From: Acidobacteriota bacterium
GTDB lineage: Bacteria; Acidobacteriota; UBA890; WLXD01
Assembly: GCA_963666215.2 (NCBI GenBank)
Contig: CAXWPL010000005.1
Coordinates: forward strand, 704,001-768,000
Direction: 5' to 3'
Length of the DNA stretch: 64,000 bases
In this document: positions 27,446 to 37,551 of the stretch, in pieces
Layout of the letters: every line of letters starts with the position of its first letter
How positions within the stretch are numbered: the first letter of the stretch is position 1
Program-made: the position numbers and the translations under genes
Notes under the pieces: generated by a model
Seen by the model: only the letters and a program-made list of their open reading frames with translations
Database searches by the model: none
Told to the model about the DNA's origin: nothing

Positions 27446-30400
27446 TTATGCGCCCGCGAGAGCCTCGTCCGGCGAGCCCTCACCGCGACGTCTCAGGAAG
27501 GCCTCGCGTAGGTCCATTGCCAGCGAGAAAACCGCGGGCACGAGAAACAGCGTGAAGATTGTCGACACCGCCAGCCCACCAACGACAACGCTTCCGAGTC
27601 CGCGATAGATCTCCGATCCGGCACCGGTCACAAGCACCAGCGGTGCCATCCCCATCACGGAGGTCATCGTGCTCATGAAGATCGGCCGGACACGGTCCGA
27701 GACCGCTTCGCGGAGAGCCTCGCGGTGCGGCAGATCGCGGTCGCGCATGTAATTCAGCGTTTGGTGAACGATGAGGATGGCGTTGTTGACCACGATGCCG
27801 ATCAGAATCACGAACCCGAGCATCGCGATGACGTCGAGCGACTGCGGCGCGACGAACGCGTTCACCAGCGCCAGCCCCATGAGTCCGCCGACAGCCGCGA
27901 AAGGCACCGAGAACAGAATCACGAACGGGTACAGAAACGACTCGAACAAAGCCGCCATCAGGAGGTAGGTCACCAACAGCGCCAGGACAAAATTCGACTG
28001 CAGCGCTTGACGCGCCGTGACCAGCTTATCGGCGGTACCCGCGAGCCGCGCCTCGTAGGGCAACGATAGCGAGCCGTCTGCCCTCATCGGCGCCACGATG
28101 TTGTCGCGGATATGCGTCATGGCGGTCTCGAGCGGCATGTCAGCTGCCGGGACCACGCGGATTTTCACGGCGCGCTGACGCTCGATGTGGTTGATCTGCA
28201 CCGGCCCCGAAGCCGCGACCACCCGCCCGACATCGCCGATACTCACCACGCGGCCCGTAGGAGTCGCGATGTTGAGCGCCTGAATATCCTGGCTGCGTGC
28301 CGCATACGAGGCCACCCCGCGCAGCATGAGATCGATGGCGCGCCCCTCATGCTGGTACTCGCTGACCTTCACTCCATCAACGAGGGCGTTCAGCGCGAAG
28401 CCGATGTCGGCGGCGGTCATGCCGAGCTCAGCGGCGCGCTCACGATCGGGGACGACCCGAATCTCCGGGTTGCCCAGATCGAGCCCGGGTATCGGCTGTG
28501 CCTGTGCGCCGGGCATCGTCGCCCGAACGGCACCGAACACACGGGCTCCGAGTTGCAGCAGACGAGCCAAGTCCGGACCCGTCAGATCGACGTCAATCGC
28601 GCGGCCTGGATCGGCGCCACGTTGAAAGATCGACGGCTGCTGAACCACCGCGAAGGTGCCGGGGATACCGGCGACAGCCCTCTGGATCACCGGCACGAGC
28701 TCGCCGGTCCGGTCGGCGAACTCCGGATACCCAATGGCCCCTATGAACGCGCCTCCGGCGAAGGAAACGAAGAAGAAGTACTCGATGGGCGGCGCGTCGA
28801 GCCTCGCGGCGGCAGCGCTACCGGGGGCGGCCTCCCAATACGGACTCAGCTGCGCCTCCGCAAGCTCGCCGATGGCGACGTACTCATCAACGTTGTAGCC
28901 AGGCGGCGGCAACATTATGCCGAACGCGAAGTTCTGATTCCCGGTCGGCAGGTACTCCGTCTGCGGGATCAGCAACCACGAGATCAGCAACGCACCTACC
29001 GTGAACGCCACCACAACGCCGAGCCGCAGCGAGGCTGAGCCGGTGAGCCAGTAGATCGAGTCGGCGATCCAACCATTGATGCCGGCGCCCCACGCCGCGA
29101 TCCCGCGCGAGCTCCCGCCGTCAGCGGAGTGGACCTTGCTGGTGCGAAGCACACGCGCGGCCAAGCTCGGAATCAACGTAATTGAGACGATCAACGAGAT
29201 CAGCACTGCCGCGCTTACGGCCACTGCGATGTCGCGAAACAGCTGGCCGGCCTCCTCCTGGACAAACAACACAGGCAAGAAAACCGCCACGGTCGTGAGC
29301 ACCGATGCCAGCACGGCCCCCCAGACCTCGACCGAGCCGTCGTAGGCGGCCTGGCGGCGCGGCTTGCCGCGCTGCAGGTGCCGGTAGATGTTCTCGAGAA
29401 CAACGATCGACGCGTCGACGATCATGCCGACGGCGAAGGCGAGTCCGGCGAGACTCACGACGTTGATATTGCGACCCAGCGCGGTCATCGCCAGGAACGT
29501 CCCTACGATGCTCACCGGAATCCCCAGGCCGATGACGAACGTGCTCGAGATGCTTCGCAAGAAAATCAGCAGCACGACCACGGCGAGCCCGCCACCAATC
29601 AGGATGTTGCGTTGAACGAGTCCGATCGCACGTTCGATGTAGTCGGCTTCGGAAAAATTGATCGTGGCTCGCATCCCCCGCTCGCTCAGCACGCCGGCAT
29701 TCAGCCCCGCCAGCGCATCTTCGAGCCCCGCCGTCACCTCCAGTGTGTTTGAGCCGGTTCGACGCAGAACGTTCATCGCCAATGCGGGCCGCCCGCGCTG
29801 ACGAACGATCGACTCGGCGTCGGCGTAGCCCAAGCTGACGGTCGCCACGTCGCCGACGTACACCGGCGCGCCGGCGCGCCAGGCAAGCACCACCTGCTCG
29901 ACATGTTCGGGTGTGGTGTACTCGCCCACGGTTCGAACAACGTAGCGCCGCTTGCCCTCGTCGAAGTCGCCCGCGCTGATGTCGCGATTCTCGGCGTCGA
30001 GCGCAACTGCCATGCGCTGCAGCGACAGCCCGCGAACGGCCAGCTTCTGCGGGTCGACGGTGACGTGCAGCTCACGTTCGCGGCCGCCGTGAACATTGGC
30101 CACGGCGACGCCAGGTACGCGTTCAATCGTGGCTTTGACGACCTCCTCGGCGAACTGTCTCTCGAGCTCGATATCGAGATCGACTCCCTCGAGGGTCTCG
30201 ATCGTGAGCCAGGCGATCGACTGCTCCTCGAAAGGGTCCTTACTGGTGATCACGGGCTTGAGCGCGGTGTCGGGATACGACTGCACCTGCTCGAGCTTGT
30301 TGTTGACTCGCAGCAGCAGCCCGTCCTGGTCGGTCCCGGTTTGGAAGCGCAGCTTGACTACACCCTGCGAGCGACGGCTCTCGCTGGTGATCTCGATGAG

Positions 30401-30628
30401 GCCCTCGAGCGACTTGAGCTGGTCCTCCTGCTCCTGGACGATCTCGGTTTCGATCTCCTCGGGCGAAGCACCCGGCCAGATCGTGGTGACGATGGCCTGC
30501 GGCACGTCCACATCTGGAATCAGCTGTACCGGGATACGAAACAGCGAAAGCAGGCCGAACAGACTCACCAGCAAAACGCCAACGGTGACGGTCACCGGGA
30601 AGCGAATCGAAGACTCGACGAGCTTCAT
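27446..30628 (-). CDS. RND efflux transporter permease (AcrB/AcrD/AcrF family)
   Basis: 1060 aa; WPGASPEEIE, GMIVDASIVVLENI, ALFESF..PF, GIVVNNAIL, RVRPIFMST. Confidence 0.95.
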   Translation of the reverse strand: MKLVESSIRFPVTVTVGVLLVSLFGLLSLFRIPVQLIPDVDVPQAIVTTIWPGASPEEIETEIVQEQEDQLKSLEGLIEITSESRRSQGVVKLRFQTGTDQDGLLLRVNNKLEQVQSYPDTALKPVITSKDPFEEQSIAWLTIETLEGVDLDIELERQFAEEVVKATIERVPGVAVANVHGGRERELHVTVDPQKLAVRGLSLQRMAVALDAENRDISAGDFDEGKRRYVVRTVGEYTTPEHVEQVVLAWRAGAPVYVGDVATVSLGYADAESIVRQRGRPALAMNVLRRTGSNTLEVTAGLEDALAGLNAGVLSERGMRATINFSEADYIERAIGLVQRNILIGGGLAVVVLLIFLRSISSTFVIGLGIPVSIVGTFLAMTALGRNINVVSLAGLAFAVGMIVDASIVVLENIYRHLQRGKPRRQAAYDGSVEVWGAVLASVLTTVAVFLPVLFVQEEAGQLFRDIAVAVSAAVLISLIVSITLIPSLAARVLRTSKVHSADGGSSRGIAAWGAGINGWIADSIYWLTGSASLRLGVVVAFTVGALLISWLLIPQTEYLPTGNQNFAFGIMLPPPGYNVDEYVAIGELAEAQLSPYWEAAPGSAAAARLDAPPIEYFFFVSFAGGAFIGAIGYPEFADRTGELVPVIQRAVAGIPGTFAVVQQPSIFQRGADPGRAIDVDLTGPDLARLLQLGARVFGAVRATMPGAQAQPIPGLDLGNPEIRVVPDRERAAELGMTAADIGFALNALVDGVKVSEYQHEGRAIDLMLRGVASYAARSQDIQALNIATPTGRVVSIGDVGRVVAASGPVQINHIERQRAVKIRVVPAADMPLETAMTHIRDNIVAPMRADGSLSLPYEARLAGTADKLVTARQALQSNFVLALLVTYLLMAALFESFLYPFVILFSVPFAAVGGLMGLALVNAFVAPQSLDVIAMLGFVILIGIVVNNAILIVHQTLNYMRDRDLPHREALREAVSDRVRPIFMSTMTSVMGMAPLVLVTGAGSEIYRGLGSVVVGGLAVSTIFTLFLVPAVFSLAMDLREAFLRRRGEGSPDEALAGA

Positions 30629-31947
30629 GGATTGTCTTCCTCTGGATTGGCCGGAGCGCTCGGTTCTTGCTGCCTGGCGGCCGTCTGCGGGTCGGCGGCG
30701 ATGGGCCGATCGGGATCGGCTTCTGGCACCTCGAGCTCCAGAACCTGCGCGATCCGCACCGGCTGACCGGGGAATATGCGCTCGTTGCCACGCACGACCA
30801 TCAGGTCGCCGGGCGCCAGGGCGCCATAGACGATCTGCCAGTGGCCGCGCGCCGGCCCGGTTTCCACCGCCAGCTCTTCAACAGCTCCGGCGCTACCGAC
30901 ACCCTCAGCCCCGCGCACCCGGTAAATGAAAACGGTGTCTCCGCGCCGCACCAGCGCGTCCTTGCTCACCAACATTGCCGGCTGGGCACTCCCCAGCTGT
31001 GCCATCACTCGCGCGGCCATGCCCCCCTTGACGCGCTCCCCGGGATTGAGCACGCGGACGAGCACCGGGAACGTCCTTGCCTCAGGGATCGCCTGCGGCA
31101 CGACGGCCCTGACGATCCCCTCGTAGAGCTCACCGGGCAGCGCATCGAACCGCACGTCGACGGGGAAACCCGCTTCGACGGCGCTGATAAAACGCTCGGC
31201 GATCTGCACCGAGACCTCGACCTCCGACAGGTCCACTAACGACACGATGGAGTCGCCGGTGCCGACCCACTCCCCCAGCTCGACGTGTACGGCTGTAACA
31301 CGCCCGCCGAACGGCGCACGCACGGTCGCTCGAGACAGAAGATCTTGCAGGCGCGAGGCGTCGGCGTCGTAGCGAGCGAGGCTCTGCTCCAGTGCATCGC
31401 GGTCGGCGACCGCTTCATCGTACTCGCGCTGCGAGATCGCCCGGCGCTCCAGAAGATTCGCCAGGCGGTCGAAGTCGGAGGAAGCGCGGCTCAGCCGCGC
31501 CACCGCCTCTTGCTTGGACGCCACGGCGGCGGCGACCTCCATCTGCATCGTCGTCGAGCGCAACCTGACAAGGACCTGTCCGGCTCGCACGCGGTCGCCC
31601 TCGTCTACTAGGAGCTCGGCGGCGAGACCATCCACTTCGCTGGCGACCAGGGAGTTGCGACGAGCCGCAACCGTACCCAGCAGCTGCACGGGCTCGGCAG
31701 CGATGGTCTCTACTGCGGCTACCACGTCCACTGGCGCTGGCGGCGGGCCGGCTGGCATGCCGCCGTCGGCTGCCGCCGCGGGAGCCGCTCCGCTGCCGGC
31801 CGCCACAGGCTGCGGCGCAGTCCCACCCATCACCCGCGGCCACAAGAAGGCAACGGCTGCGGCAGCCAGGACGCCAATGAGGAAGCCGCCCAGCCACGAC
31901 CCACCCGAGCGTCGAGCTGTCGATGAGCCGGTCTTGTTGGTGTCCAC
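30625..31947 (-). CDS. RND efflux periplasmic adaptor (membrane fusion protein)
   Basis: TM anchor; VASEVDG....LLVDEGDRV..GQ.L, VRAPF.G, GE.V..G, RTF.V; start approximate (GTG 31947). Confidence 0.9.
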   Translation of the reverse strand: MDTNKTGSSTARRSGGSWLGGFLIGVLAAAAVAFLWPRVMGGTAPQPVAAGSGAAPAAAADGGMPAGPPPAPVDVVAAVETIAAEPVQLLGTVAARRNSLVASEVDGLAAELLVDEGDRVRAGQVLVRLRSTTMQMEVAAAVASKQEAVARLSRASSDFDRLANLLERRAISQREYDEAVADRDALEQSLARYDADASRLQDLLSRATVRAPFGGRVTAVHVELGEWVGTGDSIVSLVDLSEVEVSVQIAERFISAVEAGFPVDVRFDALPGELYEGIVRAVVPQAIPEARTFPVLVRVLNPGERVKGGMAARVMAQLGSAQPAMLVSKDALVRRGDTVFIYRVRGAEGVGSAGAVEELAVETGPARGHWQIVYGALAPGDLMVVRGNERIFPGQPVRIAQVLELEVPEADPDRPIAADPQTAARQQEPSAPANPEEDNP

Positions 31948-32146
31948 AGGAGTACCTATCGAAAGGGGCAGGGGAAAGGCGAAGCGAGGAGCGCCGAGAG
32001 CCAGCGACTCGCCCAGCCTATGGGGCTGTCGCGGTGTGGGCAAGATGCCCAAAGTGCAAAGGCGGCCGACTCTCCCCCGGTCGCCGCAGCGACGCCTAGT
32101 GAGGTTCGACCAGCGGGCGGGGACGTGGTTGACCGAGCGGCACGCT

Positions 32147-32226
32147 CTCAACCACTTCTCCGGCCCGATTGATCCACAGCTCGTGGCTCAACCACTTCTC
32201 CGGCCCGATTGATCCACAGCTCGTGG
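32147..32226. repeat. Perfect 2 x 40-bp tandem duplication
   Basis: CTCAACCACTTCTCCGGCCCGATTGATCCACAGCTCGTGG at 32147-32186 and 32187-32226. Confidence 0.95.
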
Positions 32227-34172
32227 TCGATCCGTGAGGCCAACTCGGTGCCCTCGACCACGGTCTGCTCGCCATCCGGCCACAGAATTCTCAGCTTCTC
32301 GACCCGTGCCGGCGGTTCGGTGAGCGCGTCGGAGCCGCCGAGACCGAACGTGAGCGTGCTCTCGTGCTGCGACAAGTAAGAAGACCCAGAACGCACGCGG
32401 CCACGCTGCACACCCCGCGACGTCTCCAGAGTCACAACAGCCCCGATTGCCGGGCTCCAGACGCCATCCTGACGCGCAGCGGGCGCCTGGGACGGGCCCG
32501 GGGCGATCACCGGCAGCACTCGCAGCACGCTCGGTACAGCCGAGGACGGGTCGGAGGCCGAAGGACCGGCAGCGGGATCGATGTCACGGGGCGAATTCGT
32601 CGCCGTCCATGGTGGGCGTGCGTCGCGCGTGGTGTTGCGCCACAGGTAGGCTGGCCCATCGTTGGTTGTCACAACAACATCGAGATCGCCGTCGCGATCG
32701 AAGTCACCGTAGGCCGCACCGCGCCCCACGATGGGGCGAGCGAACGGCCCGCCGAGGCGTGTTCCCACCTCCTCCAGGCGCGGTGTGGAGCTTGCCGGCT
32801 CAGCGCCGAGGTTGCGGAACAGGAGCGGCAGCTGCGGATAGGTAATGCTGGCCTCGACCTCGTTGATACGGTGTTCGATGTGGCCGTTGACGGCCAGGAT
32901 GTCGAGCCATCCATCGAGGTCGTAGTCGAAGAAAAACAGACCGAAGGTCAGCGCGGAGAAGCTGCTGCGGCCCACGCCGGAGCGCGCTGCCACGTCCACG
33001 AACAGACCCCCGGGACGACGCTGAAAGAGGCCGATCATCTCCTTGCTGAAGTTGCCCACCACCAGCGCCGGTTCGCCCTCGCGCGCCAGGTCGCCGCTGT
33101 CGATACCCATGCCGGCGCGTGCCCTGCCGTTGGCATCGAACGCCACTCCGGAGAGCAAGCCCACCTCCAAGAAGGTGCCGTCACGCTGGTTTTCGAAGAG
33201 AAAATTGGGCTCCGTATCGTTCGCCACAGCCAAATCGGGCCAGCCATCGCCGTCGAAGTCGTCCACCGCGATGCCAAGCGACTTGCCACCCTCAGCGAAC
33301 AGACCCGCCTCCCGGGTAACGTCGGCAAATACCGTGCCGTCGTTGCGGTACAGCGCCGACGGCTCGCCCACATACGACTCAGGCGTGCAGTACGACTTAT
33401 TGCTGCCGTCGAGCGTGCACCAGATGTCCTCATCGGGGCTCCAGACCACGTAGTTCGCGACGTACAGGTCGAGGTCGCCGTCACGGTCGTAATCGAACCA
33501 CGCCGCCGAGGTCCCCCACCCCGGATGGTCGACGCCCATCGCCTCGGTGACGTCTTCGAATCGCACCACCCCGCCGTCGCCGACGTTGCGGAACAGTCGG
33601 TTGGCGCCGTAGGCCGTGACGTAGAGATCAACGCGACCGTCCCTGTCGAAGTCCGCAGGCGCCGCCCCGAACCCGTACAGAGAAACATCGAGCCCCGAGC
33701 CGGCGGTTATATTGACGAAGCCGCCCGCTTGGTCGTTGCGATACAGCTGCATCGTCGCTGCAAGCTGCTCGCTGTCGACGGCCTCCTCGTGACCAGGCCA
33801 AGCACCACTCTGGACGAACAAGAGGTCGAGCCATCGATCGCCATCAGCGTCGAACACCGCAACACCCGATCCGAGCGACTCCGGCATCCACTTGTCGCCG
33901 AAAGCACCGCTGACGTGCTCGAAGGCGATGCCGGCCTCTGCGGTCGCGTCGATGAACCCACTTCCGCCATCCGCCACCGCGTTGACCGGAGGCTGGGCTT
34001 GGCCCGCCGGCTGCCCGTTCTGAGCCCCGGCCGCACTGCACAGCACGGCGAGCGCGAGCACCGTCGCTACCCGGCTGAGCGCGCCGGTCTCGATGCTCAT
34101 CCGCACCGGCGAAATCTCAACCATTCGCTGCTCGCATTCGTTGCACGCAATAGCTGCACGGATCAACTGCAC
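32148..34172 (-). CDS. CRTAC1-family protein (FG-GAP repeats plus ASPIC/UnbV domain)
   Basis: Multiple DxDxDGxxDL repeats, GRGAAYGDFDRDGDLD, GSSYLSQ....LTFGLG, I.WPDG; start uncertain. Confidence 0.9.
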   Translation of the reverse strand: MQLIRAAIACNECEQRMVEISPVRMSIETGALSRVATVLALAVLCSAAGAQNGQPAGQAQPPVNAVADGGSGFIDATAEAGIAFEHVSGAFGDKWMPESLGSGVAVFDADGDRWLDLLFVQSGAWPGHEEAVDSEQLAATMQLYRNDQAGGFVNITAGSGLDVSLYGFGAAPADFDRDGRVDLYVTAYGANRLFRNVGDGGVVRFEDVTEAMGVDHPGWGTSAAWFDYDRDGDLDLYVANYVVWSPDEDIWCTLDGSNKSYCTPESYVGEPSALYRNDGTVFADVTREAGLFAEGGKSLGIAVDDFDGDGWPDLAVANDTEPNFLFENQRDGTFLEVGLLSGVAFDANGRARAGMGIDSGDLAREGEPALVVGNFSKEMIGLFQRRPGGLFVDVAARSGVGRSSFSALTFGLFFFDYDLDGWLDILAVNGHIEHRINEVEASITYPQLPLLFRNLGAEPASSTPRLEEVGTRLGGPFARPIVGRGAAYGDFDRDGDLDVVVTTNDGPAYLWRNTTRDARPPWTATNSPRDIDPAAGPSASDPSSAVPSVLRVLPVIAPGPSQAPAARQDGVWSPAIGAVVTLETSRGVQRGRVRSGSSYLSQHESTLTFGLGGSDALTEPPARVEKLRILWPDGEQTVVEGTELASRIDHELWINRAGEVVEPRAVDQSGRRSG

Positions 34173-34499
34173 CTCGATCGAGAGCCCCCAACGCGGAAAC
34201 GCTAGCGGTAGCTGCCGTCGACGGCCCTACGCCGCCACGGCGCCATCGGCCCGGGGAATTCAGTGGGCGGTTTGGCGTAACGACCACCCTCGAGAAACTC
34301 GCTAGGAGGAAAGCGGTCCGCGGCGCTGAAGCGATCACCCGGCGCGGTCAGCGAATGCCGGTGAACCTGGGTCCAGGTACTCGACCCGACCATCTCGCGC
34401 GACCACGCTCGCGTCATCCGCGAGGGTGACGAATTCGTCATCGAGGACCTCGGCAGCACGCACGGTACGTACGTAAACCAGGAACGAATCGACCGCCGC

Positions 34500-35951
34500 G
34501 TGCTGGCGCCCAACGACAAGATCCGCCTCGGGGGCGCCATGAGCCACATCATGACGTTCCGCAGCGGCGACGAGTTCACCATGATGGTGGGCACCACCGG
34601 AAAAGTAACCGCCGCCGGTGTCGTCACGAGCACGCCGCACACGCGTGGCAGCTCGGTGAACGTCGCGGCTCTCCTCGAGATCAGCAAGGCACTCAACTCG
34701 TCGCTGCGCCTCAAGGACGTGCTCGAGAAGGTGATCGACGCCGTGATGGCTCTCACCAAAGCCGAGCGCGGGCTCCTGCTCCTCGGCAGGAGCGCAGACG
34801 CGCTCAACATCGAGGTGCGGCGCGGTGAAGAGGGCACGGGTAACGAGTCGCAGTTCAGCAGGAGCGTTGTGGGCGCTGTGTTCGAGACCGGCGAGGCACA
34901 AATCCTCACTGATATCGCCGGAGACGAGCGCTTCAACGCGCAGCAGAGCATCGTGGGCTTGCAGTTGCGTACGGTGATGTGCGTTCCGCTGCGCCTGAGT
35001 CACTTCGGCCAGGACATCGAGGACGACGACCTAGAGCCGTACCAAACCGACGCGAGCAACCCGGGGGCCGGCGCCAACAAGACGCGCATCCTCGGCGTTG
35101 TCTACGTCGACCGTCGATCGCCCACCAACTACTTCAACGACGAGGATCTTCAGGTCTTCGAGTCGATGACCGGCCACGCGGCGATCGCCATCGACAACGC
35201 CCGTCTCTATGAGGAGGCGCTCGAGAAACGACGGCTGGACGAGGACCTGCAGGTCGCCAGCCGAATTCAGCAGAGCCTGCTGCTGTCGGATTTCCCCGAC
35301 CTGCCGTGGGCCGACGTGCACGCGATGAACCTGGCGGCACGCGTTGTCGGAGGCGACTACTACGAGTTCTTCGATGCACCGAGCGGAGCCCTCGGCTTCG
35401 CCGTGGGTGATGTTTCGGGCAAGGGCTTCCCGGCCGCCATGTTGATGAGCACCTTGCAGGCGGCTTTCCTGGCGGCCGCTTCAACCAGCGAAGATCTCGC
35501 GGCGATCTGCGCCCAGCTCAACCAGTTCGTCGTCAAACGTACCTCGCCCGAGCGCTACGCGACGTTTTTTGTTGGACTGCTCAGCGAAGACGGCCACGTG
35601 CGCTACGTCAACTGCGGCCACAACCCGGCGATCCATCTGAGCTCCGCGGAGCCCGCGACACTCATGGGCGGCGGGCTACCGATCGGCCTCTTCCCCGATC
35701 GCACGTACGAGGTTCAGGAGCTGCAACTGGCGCGCGGCGACACGCTGGTAGTTTTTTCTGACGGAGTGACGGAGGCGAACGATCCCGAGGAGAACGAGCT
35801 CGGCGACGAAAGGCTCACCCGGGTGGTGGTGGCGAATAGGAACGAATCCGCCGAGCGTATGGTCAAGGCGGTGTTCGACGACGTCCACGAGTTCGCTGCC
35901 GGCGCTCCGCAGCACGACGACGTCACCATGATGATCATCAAGTACGGCTAG
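34500..35951 (+). CDS. (Partial FHA)-GAF-PP2C/SpoIIE serine phosphatase
   Basis: GAF (MCVPL, GVVYVD, AAIAIDNARL), VGGDYY, GDVSGKG, YVNCGHNP, FSDGVTEA, DDVT; the frame is open back to 34365 with a partial FHA (ISRDHA, DLGSTHGTYVN) but no start codon. Confidence 0.85.
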   Translation: MLAPNDKIRLGGAMSHIMTFRSGDEFTMMVGTTGKVTAAGVVTSTPHTRGSSVNVAALLEISKALNSSLRLKDVLEKVIDAVMALTKAERGLLLLGRSADALNIEVRRGEEGTGNESQFSRSVVGAVFETGEAQILTDIAGDERFNAQQSIVGLQLRTVMCVPLRLSHFGQDIEDDDLEPYQTDASNPGAGANKTRILGVVYVDRRSPTNYFNDEDLQVFESMTGHAAIAIDNARLYEEALEKRRLDEDLQVASRIQQSLLLSDFPDLPWADVHAMNLAARVVGGDYYEFFDAPSGALGFAVGDVSGKGFPAAMLMSTLQAAFLAAASTSEDLAAICAQLNQFVVKRTSPERYATFFVGLLSEDGHVRYVNCGHNPAIHLSSAEPATLMGGGLPIGLFPDRTYEVQELQLARGDTLVVFSDGVTEANDPEENELGDERLTRVVVANRNESAERMVKAVFDDVHEFAAGAPQHDDVTMMIIKYG

Positions 35952-36037
35952 GAGTCGTCCGGGAATCGGACCGCCCTGGCGAGCTGGAGGCTGGCAAAAA
36001 CGGCGCGCTGGCCTCGCAATTTGGCGGCTTCAGACCT

Positions 36038-37438
36038 CTACCGCGACGCCGCGCTGCGGGTGAACCACGCACCGCCCTGTCCCGCGAAGCTCTCTCCCGC
36101 ACCCCAGACGATGTGGTTGCGACCGTCCGACCCGACCTCGAGGCCGAGGTAGTCGCCGTACGGAAACAGGAAACCGCGGGCCCGTTTGTAGGGTGCGCCC
36201 GAGCCCTGGTCGGAGAGCCGCACCGCCCGACTCCAGTGCTTGCCCGCATCGCTGGTCTCGCGATACCAGGCGTTCCAGGCCTCGGTCGGCGCCTTGCGAT
36301 CGTCGACCCAGACCACCCGAAAGTCGCCCGACTCTTGCCCTGCCGCCAGGGCCGGGAAAGCATTGTTGACCCCGCTCGCGGCAACCGAAAGACGTTGTGC
36401 CCGGCTCCATTTGCGACCGTTGGTGGAAGTGCGGAACCACAGCTGCTGCGCCGCACCGGCCGTCTCGCTGGCGTGGTAGACCACCATGACCGTACCCGCA
36501 GCGTCGACCGCCAGGGCAACCGAGGGGCCCAGGTATCCGAAGTAGCAACCCTTTGCCCATTCGCAACCTGGCGCCTCGGCCGATGTGTCCACCCGAGTTG
36601 CCCGCCAGCTCGCTCCCCGGTCCCGCGAGCGCAGCACCGAGATGTGCGAAGCGCCGCTGTAGTCGGAGCGGAAGTCGGTGGCGCCCACGTAGAGCGTGCC
36701 GTCGGGGGCCACCGCCGCCGCGCTGTGGAACCAATACCGCTGCCCATGATCGGTGCGCACCGGAGGAAGAAACGTCACCCCGCCATCGTGTGATGCGGCG
36801 ATCAAGCTTCGCCTGGCGTTGAAAGCCACGTAGACATCGCGGCCGTCAGGCGAAACGAACAGGATCGGCCGATCCGACCAGTCGAGGTCGAACGCTGGAT
36901 ACGCCGGCGAGCTCCACGTGCGACCACCGTCGGTCGACCTGACAACGGCCACACCCGGTCGCCAGTCGTGGAGGTAAGCGACAAAAACCGCGCCGTTCTC
37001 GGCAACTCGAACCTGGGCGTCGCCTTGAGTCCCGGAAGAAAGGTCGACGTAGACGTCAGGACCCCAGGTCGCGCCGCCGTCGTCCGACCGCCGCACCACC
37101 ACCGCAGGATCGGCGCAGCCCTCGCAAGCGGGTACGCCGTAGCGCGTCACAGCTTGGTAAACACGCTCGGAAGAAGGGTCGGCGGCGACAACCGGCTCCC
37201 AGTCGATATGCTCACTCCAGAGCCGCTCTGAATCCCAGCCGGCGGAGCCCGATACCGGCGAAACCTGTACATCAAACGGGAAGTGAACGGCAGTCATCGC
37301 GGCGCGCGCGCGCACCGAGCGACCCTCCTCGTAGGGTCGCCCCGAGCCGCTGCCAGGCGCAGGCTCGCCTTCGAGAGCCGACGTGCCGCAGGCCGTGAGC
37401 AGCGGCAACAGGACGATTCCGAGACGTGCGCGACGCAT
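36038..37438 (-). CDS. Sialidase-like BNR/Asp-box lipoprotein
   Basis: Lipobox LLTAC; RSDDGGATW, RSTDGGRTW, SHDGGVTF, RSRDRGASW repeats; GDY.GL near the C-terminus. Confidence 0.8.
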   Translation of the reverse strand: MRRARLGIVLLPLLTACGTSALEGEPAPGSGSGRPYEEGRSVRARAAMTAVHFPFDVQVSPVSGSAGWDSERLWSEHIDWEPVVAADPSSERVYQAVTRYGVPACEGCADPAVVVRRSDDGGATWGPDVYVDLSSGTQGDAQVRVAENGAVFVAYLHDWRPGVAVVRSTDGGRTWSSPAYPAFDLDWSDRPILFVSPDGRDVYVAFNARRSLIAASHDGGVTFLPPVRTDHGQRYWFHSAAAVAPDGTLYVGATDFRSDYSGASHISVLRSRDRGASWRATRVDTSAEAPGCEWAKGCYFGYLGPSVALAVDAAGTVMVVYHASETAGAAQQLWFRTSTNGRKWSRAQRLSVAASGVNNAFPALAAGQESGDFRVVWVDDRKAPTEAWNAWYRETSDAGKHWSRAVRLSDQGSGAPYKRARGFLFPYGDYLGLEVGSDGRNHIVWGAGESFAGQGGAWFTRSAASR

Positions 37439-37551
37439 AGCGACTAGGTTAGCGGTCGGCGTCGTCGGCGGCGAGGCCTCTCCAGGATGACACTCGGCGG
37501 GTAGCTGCGGTTGTTGACGAACGACGAGGGCTACCCGGTAGGATGGGGCCT

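Noticed and set aside
23876-31947. Polyketide or fatty-acid biosynthetic cluster with RND exporter
   Set aside because: No ketosynthase, ACP or PPTase in the window; the link to the RND pump may be positional only
32364-34205. Long antisense ORFs (also 350-1411, 11646-13043, 51316-52578, 60647-61951 and similar)
   Set aside because: Shadow frames of well-supported genes in high-GC DNA with no family motifs
34270-34306. Possible fourth IS481 end (GACCACCCTCGAGAAACTCGCTAGG)
   Set aside because: Needs several gaps to align and lacks the terminal ACA; not distinguishable from chance
34362-34364. In-frame TGA before the FHA fragment as selenocysteine
   Set aside because: No Cys-equivalent position, no convincing SECIS, and the upstream frame has no FHA similarity
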